64,000 bases of DNA from Pelomyxa schiedti. Lineage: Eukaryota > Protista > Evosea. Both the position numbers and the translations under genes were made by a program. Shown in pieces: positions 26,229 to 38,873 of this stretch. Within the stretch, counting starts at the first letter, position 1; each line of letters opens with the position of its first letter. The stretch spans positions 35,810-99,809 of the forward strand of contig JAHLWZ010000827.1 of NCBI GenBank assembly GCA_020536535.1. The letters are read 5' to 3'. The notes under the pieces are model-generated. The model ran no database searches. It saw only the letters and a program-made list of their open reading frames with translations, and was not told the origin of the DNA.

Positions 26229-27569
26229 TCACTGCAAGAACACGTGAAGAACGAAAGAGGACATGACGGGGAAGTGGTCAGAAGGAAACCGCGTGCCCTC
26301 GTGGTCAGTTATAATGCAAGCCCGACTTATTCTTTCCACAACGGTTCTGCTTGTTGCTGTTCCGCCTCCGGTTGTTGGTGCTGATGCTGATGATGATGAT
26401 GATGCAGAATCCGCTCGTGGGGTTGATGCCGATGTTGCGGTTGTTTTATTGCTGCTTGCACTGGTACTGCTATCTTCATCATTGGCACTGACAGGGGGGT
26501 CGCGGTACACAACCCAGTCAATGAACTGTGACCCGTCGTTCTCCTGGCGCGAAGAGGGCTCTAGGCTGGGCCTCCAGCCATGGAACGTGGAGAACTTGCA
26601 CCCGTTGTCCTCGCGCCTCTGGGCCTCGGTCCACGTGTCGACGAATCCCTCGGTGCACAGAAAGGGGAACACGGCCTCGCGGGTCTTGATCGTGTTCATG
26701 TCCCCGACCAGTATGTTCACGCAGTCCCGGCATTCCGGCACCTGCAGCATTAACGCGGTTAAGTTGGAATGATGGGAACGGAAAAGGGCAAAGGGAAAGG
26801 GGGAATGAAGCCGTACTTGCTGCATCATCTGTACAACGACTCTCATGCCGTTCTCTCTTGCCAGGGCACTCTTGTGGTCAAGGTGAGTGTTCCAAACACA
26901 GAATCCGGCGGCGGGAACGTGGGAGCGAGGCAAGCCACTGTTGCTGTCCGGCCCCTCAGCTTCAACCGCGTCAAAGCGGGCCCAAGTTACCATCCTAGGC
27001 AAAGCTGATTTCCAGCTGCTGGAACCAGGAACATCAGGAGTCTCAGACAGCCAGAAATCGCCATGTGCCCTCAGAACGACTCTTGAAGGGTCGTGAAATA
27101 TAGCACAGTGTTCATCACCCCCACTCTTGTTCGCAGTCCCAGTCCCATTATTCGGATTCGCAGCCCCAGTCTTGCTCTTACTTTTGTTGTTCTTGTTCTT
27201 GTTGGCGTTTTTGCCGTCGGCCTTTGTTGTGGGTGGTGCCGCTGCTGCCGTCGTCCCACAATTTGGTAGCAGACGGCACACTGGGGGCAAAGCGAACCAC
27301 GAGTCGCCGCGGCGGTCGCGTCCCACCGGTGGGCCAGGGTAGAGGTCGCCCAGTCTGGTGGATATGCACCTGAGCTGGGAGGGCAGGCCCTCCTGGACAC
27401 ACAGCACGGCGGGCCTGTGCCTCCTCAGGAGGGCCAGCGCCACGTCGCATCTGTTGCCGGGCTCGAACCACGCGTTTTCGCCGTCCGCTGCGTTGGCGTA
27501 CCTCAGGTTGAACGTCATCACGCTCACCTCCGCCGCGGCGCTACTTATGGGTGTCGCGGCCGCACTCAT
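26229..27569 (-). CDS. Endonuclease/exonuclease/phosphatase (EEP) family metal-dependent hydrolase
   Basis: VMTFNLRY, LCVQEG, FWLSETPDVPGS.SW, NTHLDH, GDMN, IDWV, PSDHFPV; probably one in-frame intron near 26743-26816. Confidence 0.9.
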   Translation of the reverse strand: MSAAATPISSAAAEVSVMTFNLRYANAADGENAWFEPGNRCDVALALLRRHRPAVLCVQEGLPSQLRCISTRLGDLYPGPPVGRDRRGDSWFALPPVCRLLPNCGTTAAAAPPTTKADGKNANKNKNNKSKSKTGAANPNNGTGTANKSGGDEHCAIFHDPSRVVLRAHGDFWLSETPDVPGSSSWKSALPRMVTWARFDAVEAEGPDSNSGLPRSHVPAAGFCVWNTHLDHKSALARENGMRVVVQMMQQVRLHSPFPFALFRSHHSNLTALMLQVPECRDCVNILVGDMNTIKTREAVFPFLCTEGFVDTWTEAQRREDNGCKFSTFHGWRPSLEPSSRQENDGSQFIDWVVYRDPPVSANDEDSSTSASSNKTTATSASTPRADSASSSSSASAPTTGGGTATSRTVVERISRACIITDHEGTRFPSDHFPVMSSFVLHVFLQ

Positions 27570-27740
27570 TCGCTTCGATTTCGGTTTTTGGTCAAGTTCC
27601 TTTTGGAAAGTCGCATTGAAATGCTGAAATAGAGTTTCAACTGTCGAAGTGAGAAGGGTGCGTTATAGCTGAATTGTAGAAGTGTTTATTTTACTGTACT
27701 CACATTAGAGATTTGGATGTTGTTGCCAACTTGCAGGATT

Positions 27741-28891
27741 CTAACTGGCCTTGGAAGGGATTTGTTTGTGTCCACTGGCGAGGAACAACTAATTAACCAA
27801 TAAGTAAAGGCAATGGAAACAATCTAAAATAGACCTGCACTGCACTGAGAAAGTAAGGAATCCCACTGCCCACAGTAAATATTACGGTGGCCCACAAGAT
27901 AACTGACATATGTTAGATGAAGAGTAATAATAAACTCGGAAAGTACAATCGCGGACATAGGTAATCCACTCTCTTCCTGGAGTGTTGGGATCCAGCCATA
28001 CCAAAATAAGGATAGACGGCACAACAATCACCTGCAATAGAACTTTGGTCTTACCAGCAAGTTTTGCTCCAAACTTGATTCCACTGCCTGCATTCTATTT
28101 CAATATATCGTGCATTAATGTGTTATGTAAACTAAATCATTTCTACTTTCAAGTTCTGCACGTATTCCTGTAACAAGAAGCTCACGGGTGAAGATAACAA
28201 TGACCATCCAAGGATATACACCACTAGCCATTACAAGACGATGACTCACAACAATCGCTGACGTGTCTGCAAACCTTATCGATGTTAGAGAAAGGACAGG
28301 AAAGAATCCCACAAAGGAGAGTGAGGGCAGAGTGATGGTACCTTGGCCCTGTCAGGCATATCAAGGAGCCTATAATAAGTATCTTATCGGCTGCAGGGTC
28401 CAGAATTCGCCCAAAGCGGGATTCGCACCTAAAAGTAATAAATACTGCTTAAGGTGTCACCAATAACGTGGGGGAAACAAATAGTTATTTCATAGTAAGG
28501 GGAAGTAAGTGTGATTGCTAGTAGTTTACTTCCAACTCCTTGCTAAGTGTCCATCAAAGAAGTCAGTAATAGCGGCCGCTACAAATACAACAAGGCACAC
28601 AGCAATAGCCTAATGATAATTTCTTTGTAAATATGTATATTAAGCGAGATTCACGGATTTATCAGCAAAATTTAAACGCATTAAACCACAATTTTCCCAT
28701 TATCACGAAGTGCGCTGGGCAGCCCACCACCCGCTAAAAATTCACGCAGTGCCTAAGGAGTAGAAAAACGTGCACACCCAGGTGTTTGTTGAAGGGTAGT
28801 CATACACATTGATAAACACGAAAAACAGGGCGGCCAATAACACCCTGAGCACAGTGAGTGCGTTGGGCACGTTGGCTTTAGAGATCACCAT
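27741..28891 (-). CDS. pgsA: CDP-diacylglycerol--glycerol-3-phosphate 3-phosphatidyltransferase (PgsA-like, CDP-alcohol phosphotransferase family)
   Basis: NVPNALTVLRV, TDFFDGHLAR..FGRILDPAADK (the CDP-OH motif), RELLVTGIR, AKLAGKTKVLLQ; multi-exon. Confidence 0.8.
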
Positions 28892-29001
28892 CGGTCCCCT
28901 TCTTCCTTCCTGTGCTTTTCTCAAAACTGCGGAAAAAAAAGGTTCGGGCCAATAAGCCGAAATTGAAGGGAAAGGCCTTTCAGTTTTCATATCGCGGTGA
29001 G

Positions 29002-30012
29002 ATGGGAGGTTGGTGGAGCACCACGGGCAAGAGTTGGTACGACGCGGTGGTGAGTTATGGGAGCTCCGGTACTTGTCAACAGCAGCTCTATGTCACGTTT
29101 GGCGAATCCACACTGACTCTGATGGTCAATCCCACAGACACAGTCGCAGTAGTAAAGGAAATTATATACGGTGGCACGTCTGTTCCAATGAACGAGCAAT
29201 TGCTGTCTTTTGGTGTGGACTTTATATATGTGCCATAACAACTGGCTTAAATAACATAACTTATGTTCTACTGTTACTAATACTTCCACCTTCTAATATT
29301 CAACACAAATGATGTAGCCCCCTCGTTAGGGGATGACGACGAGGCTGTAGCGGATCCGGTTCCGCATCGGCGATACGTCCTCAATGACAGCAGAACTCTG
29401 GCCGAATCCGGCGTTTACCCAGATTGCAATCTCGAACTGAGGCTGTCACGCAGATACAGGTTGACCGTAACAGTCTCATCCTCGTCCCATTCCCGCTCTC
29501 GTTCTCGATCTCGTTCACGTTCCCGTTCACACTCTCGCTCCAGATCCTCCTCCTCCTCCTCGTCGTCGTCGTCGTCGTCATCATCATCTCAGTCCTCGTC
29601 GTTGTCGTCGTCGTCATGTTCATCCTCAGGCCACTCTGAGTCACATTCGTGTTCATCCTCATCGTTGGATTCAGCGACGCCGTCCCATAATGACCAGCCG
29701 ATAACATCCACTTCATCAATCACTACGAGCACAACCACGACGACGGCGTCAACAACGAAGAGATCCACGAAAACCAAGAAGACGAGCACCACGCGGACAA
29801 GGAGCCATCGCCCAAATAGGCTGAGAATGTGGGTCCACACGGGATACATGGTTGGTGATGTGAAATGCATTCTCAGCAGGCACATCCACGTCGCCCCTGA
29901 CAAGATCCAGCTGCGGTACCACGGCACCACCCTAGCCGTTGACTCCCAAGAGATGGTGCATTATGGGATACGTGACGGTGGGGTGCTGCGCCTGTCCCAT
30001 AAATCGGCCTAA
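29002..30012 (+). CDS. Protein with two ubiquitin-like domains and a Ser/Arg/Thr-rich insertion
   Basis: UBL1 LTLMVNPTDTVAVVKEII..PMNEQLLSF..LNDSRTLAESGV; UBL2 VGDVKCILSRHIHVAPDKIQLRYHGTTL..YGIRDGGVLRL; one intron at about 29213-29317; no C-terminal GG. Confidence 0.7.
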
Positions 30013-30233
30013 AGTCCACTTTTGTCACTAGTGTCGCTCCGGAGGTGCCCAAAATTCGATGGAATCCCCAAAAATACGAAGAAAGGAAAAAAAATTCGAG
30101 CCGTCAACCAACATCAATTCCATCAATCTCGCTAAATTCACGGCGAACGAAAGAGCAGAAACAATTTTCACAATTAAAAAAAAAACAAAACTCGGTGCTG
30201 TGAACACAATTCGACAAGTCCGAATACCCAAGA

Positions 30234-33200
30234 ATGAAACAAAGTATGCGTTCGCCAATATACGCACTTATGTCTCTTTTTCTCCCGTTTTGACAAACAA
30301 ATCTAGGTGTCTTGAAGACACTTTTTACGGGATCTTTGGTGTTGGTGTTGGTGTTGTGCTTGGCACCGTTGTCGTGTTTTGCTGACGAGTGTACATCTGA
30401 CGACTACGTCGCGGCGTATACGGAATGCAGAGGCGATAACACACGCGATTTGTTATACTACAAAAATCCGGCCTCTGACTGTGAGGGGGGCGTTGCCCAG
30501 CCTGCCAACGTGTTCAATTTACCTTGCGGTACTCATTTAAATCATTCCACAATGCGGCAGAACCTCACAAAGTTTTTTTTTGTTTTGTTTTGGTTTTTTT
30601 TTTTTTAATGTAGATATCACTTGCTCTAGTGGATACTATCTCCCATACGGTGCACTGACATGTTCTCCTTGTGATCCTGGTTATCCCTTTACTCCATAGA
30701 TTAACAATCTCACATCAATGAAAACAGGGTATTTCTCTTTGGGTGGCGGTACACGGGTCATGGATTGGGTTGGGTTTCCCACCACTGGCACTTCGTCAAA
30801 TCGACTTTACTTCAACACATACGCAGTAACAAGCACGGGCACCTCACTTTCAACCGGCAAGTGGCAATTGGCACCCAATAGCACCCTCTACATCACATCA
30901 GGCCCCATTGGAAATTCTCAATCTAGTATTTTGGAAGTTGCTGTGAATGTATGGCATTTTCACAATTTAATTTCTATCTAAGACCTTCAAAGCTGATTAC
31001 CAGTGGGTTGGTTGGGTTCATGTATAAAGTTGATGCTGAGCCACTTTATGATGGACTTGAATTTTCCATTGATGGGACAGTCGCCCTCACAAAGGCACCT
31101 CCATAAATGCTCCTTTATGAAGCTAACAAAGTGTGGCATTTCAGAAGTGGACTGTTTTAGAGTATACTACTGTAGCATATAATCTAACTCGCGGTTCTCA
31201 CACTCTGAAGTGGACATATTCTAAAGATATGTCCTTATCAAGTGGCTCTGATTCTGCTTCTCTGAAGGTTTGTTGATGCTGTAATAATACCTTACCCTTG
31301 GCAGTTTGTGGAAATACATGGTCTAGATTATGCAGATGATGTGTGCACCGCCTGTTCCCCAGGGACATACAATACACTATCAACGCAAATGCGCTGCTTT
31401 CTGTGTCCAAGAAACACTTTCTCCAATAGTTCCCACAGCACATCGTGTACCTCTTGTCCAAGTTCCTACTACTCCTTGGAAGGTTCTGCAAAGTGTTCCC
31501 CTAGAACAAGTTCGTTCCTGCAGCACTTCGTCAATTTCCCCTTACTCCCTCCACTTTTCGGGTAGATTGCACTTCTTCTGATTATGAAGCCTACTATACT
31601 CCATGTGAATTGCGTGATGGTCAACCAGTTCGGGATTTGGTGTGACATACACACACTCTCTCTTTTAGTCACATGGGGAAAAAAAAAAGAAATACAGGTG
31701 GCTGAATTCCACAACTTGCAATTATCTAGTGGCAACACTTCCCGCTGAGACCCTTGGGCTCCCTTGTGGTATGCCAATAGGCCCCTTAGCTCCAAGTAGT
31801 GATTCCTCTTAGGGGCTTGCAATGCCGGACAGTATAGACCTTCTGGTGATTACAAATGCCTGTGGTGTCCAACAGGCAAGGCCGCACCTGCTAATTCAAC
31901 CTCTTGCTCTTCTTGTGATGTGGGTAGTGCTTCAGTGCCTGGACTGTTTTACAACCAGTGGCATGAATGGACGTATCTCCCCGGTTTTACAACGACATGC
32001 ACTGGATCCTGTGGAACAACGTATGTAGGAAAAATTAGAACTGCCTTCTCATTGCTATAGAGGGTGGGTACTTGGAGGTTCATATATCTCTTCTGGTACT
32101 GGACACGGACGTTATGTAACATCCTCACTTACCCTAAAAATCAAGGTAATACTTGTTGGTTCCACAAGTACACTAATCAAGCTTAAGCAATTACAACGTG
32201 GTTACCTTTCATTCAGTTTCAGTTTTTCCTGTCGATTATCATACCAATGTCAACTTCAGTTTGTTGACGAGGGGAGGACATCTTCCACACTGTATTCATG
32301 GAGCACCTCGTATGAAAGGTTTTTGGAGAAAATAATCCTAATTTGTTCTGTACAGGACCCAAAATTACGTATCTGAAGTGGGGAACCACACATTCAGATT
32401 CGTTTTTGTGAAACAGAGTACTACAAATACTGCCACAGATAGAGTCATGATCACAGTTATCACTTGATTTCAATTGTAATTTGGCTTACAAAAGTCAGAG
32501 TATATCTCTTACTGGAGGTGTTACAATGGCCTCTGAAGGTGGAGCCAAACAGTGCACTACATGTTCCGCGGGGACTTACAGCCCAGGGGGTGTACAGTTT
32601 TGTCAAAACTGCAGTGCTGGATATTCAAGGTACCTTACAATTTTTACCTAATAACCTCACTTCAACAGTCCGGCTTCTGCATCACAATGCGACCCGTGCC
32701 CTGTCAATACTTTCAATCCCGATATTGCTGGAACATGTTTACCATGTGGTGGGGGGACAACAGCCCCTGAAGGTTCTACTTCATGTTGGAACAACTGCAC
32801 ATTTTCACCCGATGGAATGACAGTATTTGATCTAAATGGTTTGAAAAGGTGAAAACCTCACTCGGGGGACAACATAACTTAACACTTTTCTAGGGTTGGA
32901 GATATGTATGGCCCAATTTACGATCAGTATGAGTCCATCTCTTACTTTCAAAGCTTAACTTATGAAGGTTGAAAATGAGCTACTATACAAATGTCTGTTC
33001 CCTTCAACACAGTAATCGCAGTTGCTATGATAGATATGGAGTTCCCATCACTGGATATGCGTGCCAGGTTTTTTTTTTAAACCTATTTCAGTGATGTCTG
33101 ATATCTTTAGGTAACTAATCTTTGTGATAATGCCGGGCATTGTGTTGGTATGAATCTAGGTGACGTTATTGGCTTTTATTCTGGAGAACAACCAACAGGT

Positions 33201-36200
33201 CTATTTTCCTATGAGAAAGAAGAAGCGATAAACATGCTACACAAAACAAAAAGAGGGATTGATTGTCAGCTACACACATGGTACAGCTGGATGCGGTGGT
33301 GTACGACGGTCCCTCAACATCACCTTCAAATGTTCTCCTGGAAGTGGCATAGGGTACCCGACTCCTCCACCAATCAATTACATTGAAGGACCTCCTTGTC
33401 AATACAATCTTGTTTGGGAAACTGAATATGGAGTACTTAATTGTTGTGCTTTCAATGGAACACTTAAACCATTTAGTGCCCAATTTGCTCTTCTGTGCAT
33501 TATTCTTATTATATAACTGCCTGTGAGGACAACCAACGCCAGAAAGTTTACTACTGGTTGGAAAACCCCAAGAGGTGTCATGACGGTGTATCACTTCCTG
33601 CAACTGAAACAATTTACGTCAATTGCTGTAAGTTGTCGTACACCTTTTTGCATTTTAATCCATTCTAGCCTCAACAACCACTTGTAACCCTGGGAACTAT
33701 GCTCTTGAAACAGGAGGGTGTGAACAATGTGATGCAGGAACCTATAGCGTTGGGCCAGGGAATACTTATTTCGAATTTACTAGTGTGCCTTCGGACTTTA
33801 CTTCTTCCTGCACTGGGACTAATTGCAAAGGTTCTGTCATTCAATTAGTCAACAAAATGTGATTTGTGTAGGGTTTGTGGCACAAGGAGGAATACTTGTA
33901 TCAACTACAGGGACCTCACTAATGGAATTCACCTCCCAGTTCTTAATGGAAGGCTCCGTTACATTTGCTTACCAAGTGTTTGCAAATGGTTTATCGGTAA
34001 TTCCTTTTATTATTGTTCTTTATTTAGTCTTTTGTTCTCCCACAAAGTCGGGTGATGGCTCTGGCATTTTCGAGTTTTCTATTGATCAAGCAATTGTTTT
34101 GTCTGTGAAGCAAACCGTATTTGATTACCGAGAATTTACTGCAGTTTTACCTGTAAAGTCCCATCTTGAAAATTCTAAATTAATAGTGTATTAATTCCTT
34201 TTTTGCCAGGTTGGCCCACATATCCTCTCTTGGAAGTTCACTGGTGGTGCAACATCGTCACTTAAGTATGTCTCTTTTTTCCATTGTCAATAACCAATAG
34301 TTCATTCTAGTGATAATACACTGTCATCCATGGCAATAGCATCAATAACCGTAATTGGGACAGAGTACTCTCCACTCGTTTGCACCCCCTGCCATTCTGG
34401 GCAGCACCAGAGTTTGAAGGGGCAAACTGAATGTGAGATATGCCCATCTGATACTTACGCCGCTGGAGGAGCCGCTGAGTGCTCGTATGTGACACAAAAA
34501 CAATTTTCCCCATGTTAACTCTCTTCAAAGGCCCTGCAGTGATGACATGTACAGCTTCCCTGATTCTGCCACATGTGAAGCGAAATCGATTTGCAATTCT
34601 ACAGACTACCAGTCTTATTACTCTGCGTGCAGTACAGATGGGACTAGGTCAAAATACTGGGTTCCTCTTGAACCAGCAACTTGTGTATGTTATATTTTTC
34701 CTCTGTTCTCTAATCTGTTACAGGTAAACGGTTATTCTCCACCGGCGACCCAAACTGGACTGGCATGCGCACAATGCCCAGATGGCATGTATCGTCCAGA
34801 AGGTGAGGCGGATTGTGTTGGGTGTAGAGCTGGTACATATTTTGATGGTAAGTTATTGTTTCAGAAATACCCTACTCAATGCGTTTGAAAAGGTGCTTCG
34901 TGTGTGTCTGCCGAATCTGGTTCATATGTCCTATACTCTAGAGAATATTTTGTAGACCAAGAACAAGAAGAACTTCTGCCCTCTGGCTGGAGTACTACCT
35001 GCTATGGGCATTGTGGCTCAAGGTTACTTCTTCTCCTCTGGGTATATTTGCTTACTTCTGAAGTGGCTGGCAAGTGATGTCTGGCTATGTGTCCTCTGGG
35101 CGTCACTTAGCCCAATATTCTGTAATGTCAGTTCTCTCCTACATAGGCACAGTGAGTTTCCTTTCTTGAAAATTTTGGTTATTCCTTTGCTTACATAACC
35201 TTTTGTAGTTTGTTACAGAGGGAACAGTTTCATTTGAGTTCTTGCGTGACTTTTCTGATTCTGCACATGGCCTTCAGTTCTTTGTTAACAATATACGCAT
35301 GGACCTTCCAACAGGTACCCTTGAAAATCTCAGTTTCACAATTAACGACAACAAGGCAACTCCAGAACGGATACAGCTTCCTTCAGTGTAGCAGCTGGGG
35401 AAAATGAGCTGGATTGGGTCTACATTCAAAACCCATCCACATCCTCTGGCAAGGTTCAAATTCCACAATTCGTGGGTTGTGGCCACTTCTTTTGTGAACC
35501 GTTCTTTCTAGGTATCCATTTCTGACGTAATCATTTCTGGTATCTCTACTGGTTCGTCATCTGTAGAGGAATGTCCAGCCGGAACTTACAGCGGGGGTGC
35601 TGCTGTAAGTTGTACCCGCTGCCCCCCTGGCCAGTACTCTTCTGCACCTAATTCTCAAACAGTGTGCCCCTTACATTTTCACCTAATACTGAACAACTCT
35701 CAGTGCACAGCGTGCTCTGAAAATTTCTATGCTCCCTATTCTGGTTCTACTTCCTGCACACCCTGTCCAACAGGGACATATGCTCCCGACCAAGGATCTA
35801 CAAAATGTGAAACGTCTTGCGTCTTTGTGGCCCGGGATGGTGAGCGCACATTCACATTTAACCTTACGGAACTAAAGTAAGTTCACGTACTTCCCTATTA
35901 ATCTTTTTGACATACAAATAGAAAAACAGTTGGTCCTGTTGTGGATGAAGACAATTCCATGTACCTAATAAATGTCTGTGACTGGAACATTTCCAGTACA
36001 CTGTGTGTTGATGCAGATGGCTCTCCAATTTTGACACATGTATGTGAGCGAGGAATAACAGAGGAAGCTGCCTATAGCTTTGGATCATTACTTGAATTTT
36101 CTGCTTTGTCTGGGGGTATTTGATCTTTCCCTGCACCATTTCTCACAATAAAAAGATGAAAGCAGTGGCTTCCAACTTTCCTTCTATGGTGGTGACACCT

Positions 36201-36814
36201 CAGGATGCGAAGACACACTCACTGAGAGACAAACGTTTTTTTTCCCCACCAATACCCCAACGGCTAACTTCAATTAGGATTATAAATTTTGAATGTGACG
36301 TAAATGAAGGAGAGGGAACGCCTCGTTACATTTATTCCCCTGGAAGTGATGAATGTGCTGCTAGTTTCTACTGGCAGTCAGTGTACGCCTGCCCAGTGTG
36401 CACCGATTCCGATTACTATATGGTATTTCGTTTGCATAAGTGCCGTTCTCTGAACTCCCTTGTTCCCAAACTAGTTTGAAACAGGGTGCCAAGGAGGAGA
36501 GAAGCAAACGCAGCTTATAAGATCAGCTGACTGCAACGGCCCAGAGACAATACTTTTAGGAACCTCCAAATGCAGTATGTGTTCACCTCCTGTTAATCGT
36601 ACGTACATTCTAAATTCATTCTTTAGGGGACGTTGCTCTCCCTCTGGGTGTTGTATTCGGAGTTGGTGTATTTGTGATCATTCTGATTGTTGTAATTGTC
36701 ATCATCCTAGTGAAGCACAAACAAATTAGAACGCGCTACTACAAGTTGGTGAACCAGAACGTACCCTCTGTGGATATGCCCGAAATCAACAACACAGAGA
36801 CCCAAGCAACTTGA
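30234..36814 (+). CDS. ELAPOR/EIG121 (KIAA1324, UPF0577)-like type I membrane protein with Cys-rich repeats and MRH domains; ectodomain duplicated
   Basis: Signal peptide; CTSDDY..YTEC, CDPGYFSLGGG, many CxxCxPGTY repeats, MRH-like FECD..ECAASFYWQSVYACPVCTDSDY, TM helix at about 36630-36710, tail RYYKLV. Confidence 0.8.
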
Positions 36815-37011
36815 TTTTCAACTGTTTGATAGCCAAAAGAAATACAAAATTTTTGAATTCAATCTTTTGTTGTTGGCTGCCAACAGCTTGCAAGAACACA
36901 ACAAACCCAACTAGTCTCTCTGGATTGGCGCAAACAAGAAGTACAAGTCAACACGAAAAGTGATTAATGATTCAATTGTTTTGTTTTGCGTTTGAATTGG
37001 TTGCTTGAAGC

Positions 37012-38291
37012 TTAGAAGAACGATGGGCGGCCGCCTCTCATTTGGCTTCCGGGCAGTACAACGGGGAGTTTCTCTACAACTTCAGACATGCTGTGTGCCA
37101 CCTTGGTCATCACTGCAAGGTACGTTACCAGCATGGCATCGTTGCATTCCTGTGAGGCGTTTGTTGTGGGTTTTCATTGTGGGATTGTTGTACCTCCATG
37201 AATTCAGTTGAGAACTGCAGGGAGTCCATTGTAGGAAGCATGTGGCAAAGACTGCTGATTTGCCTCAAGACATCATGATCAACGGGTACTGAGCCTGCGT
37301 CACCATGTTAGGTGGTGTATCATTTAAAAAGGATTTTACCGGCTATAGTAGCATCAATATAACGCAGAAGAGCTTTGACCCTTAAATTTAGCATTTTGAT
37401 GGCTCCTCCCATTCCCCTCAAGTGCGGAGTCACTATATTCAATAAATCAAAGGATGTTATTTTGGTTCCACACATTGAGAGCCAGAGGTTCCAGATTTGC
37501 TTACATGAGCAACGTGATCAACACCAATACGCTCAGCTTCAGCTGTCTGTTGGAAGTTGTTGGTACATACTACAAGCCAAAAAAGCAAAAAACTTACAGA
37601 GATACGGTACTGTGCTGGTGCAAAGACCATCTTGGGCTGTTTGTCAACAAGATGTACTTCACTTTCATACAAGAATAAGGGCAGATCTTTCGTAGTGGTG
37701 GCAGCGGCTGCAGCAGTATCTAGCATCAACAAGAGTGGATTTTCATTCACTGAGAGTAACTAAGTTACAGTTCAATACGGCAAACCGTAAGGAGAAGTGT
37801 CATGCCTGCTTATGAATTTCGACATCAGATGGAAGAGGTGAGGAACCAGTTGTGTACCAGCCAAGAAAATCGTAGTTATCGTACACTTTCTTGACTGAGG
37901 AAGTTGTCAAAAAGAGACGAATGGGGCAAGATATAAACATTGGTCAAGTTTCTTCTTGAGAAAGTCAATATCGATTGAAGTGATGTTCTGGTCAGTAATG
38001 GCAGCAATCAGTTCGAAGCAATTGTATACTTCAACTTCACGTCCCTTCTGTGTACCAAGTATGGCACCAACAATTCTTCGTGCACCTTTTGTTTTATTGT
38101 TGCTATAATTGTGTCGCTAGAGCTCTAGTGCACAAAAAAGTAATAAACAAAACAATGTAGAAAGAGAGTCGATGTTGGAACGAGATAACGATACCAGTCA
38201 AACTAGCACGAGTGAAGTGATCAGAGATCGTCAACAAAACCAGAGGATGCAATGAGACACTCAAGGCACTTTTGCTCGCCACGTCCGTCAT
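37012..38291 (-). CDS. COPS6: COP9 signalosome subunit 6 (MPN domain)
   Basis: LHPLVLLTISDHFTR, GAILGTQKGREVEVYNCFEL, FLGWYTTG, NENPLLLML, LPLFLYESE, AEAERIGVDHVA, NDAMLVTYLAVMTK. Confidence 0.9.
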
Positions 38292-38873
38292 TGCCGCAAC
38301 TTTGCTGTCTGTCCTTTCCTTGTTTGTTTTTTTTTTTTTTCTAACTTTTTCTTTACTGTGATCTTGGCATCAGGGCAGGGAACTAGCGCCACTCTTGCGT
38401 GCAACGGGAGAGCTGTCTCTGTGACTGAATTATGGAGTCTTTCGGTTGCTCAGGAGACACATCTCGGACACTGAGTGTCTCTGATTAGATCTAAATTAAT
38501 TTTTTTTTTTAATTCTCGGCTTGCCATTCGAAGCGCTTCGCCGTAGCTGCGTGAGGTCCACAGCAAACAGCGCACAGAGTATCATAATTTGAGAAAACAG
38601 GAGATCTTAAAGGGAGTGGAAGGGTGAGATTTGGAGCCAATAGTGAAGCGGAAAAATGCGGCGTACACCAAGGATCGTTTCGCGGCTGGTGAGAGGACTT
38701 GCCGACGCCCCGCCACACAGTGGTGATATAATTTCAGTGGTTCATTCCTTACAAAAAAAGTGCGCTTTTTTTTTTTTAGTTTTCCAAACACAAGCTCTTA
38801 ATTGAATTTTGTTTCAGTGTGCATCAGTTCAAAATTGGAAAAATCCCAAAACCTCAGCTCCCCCTTTGTGAAA

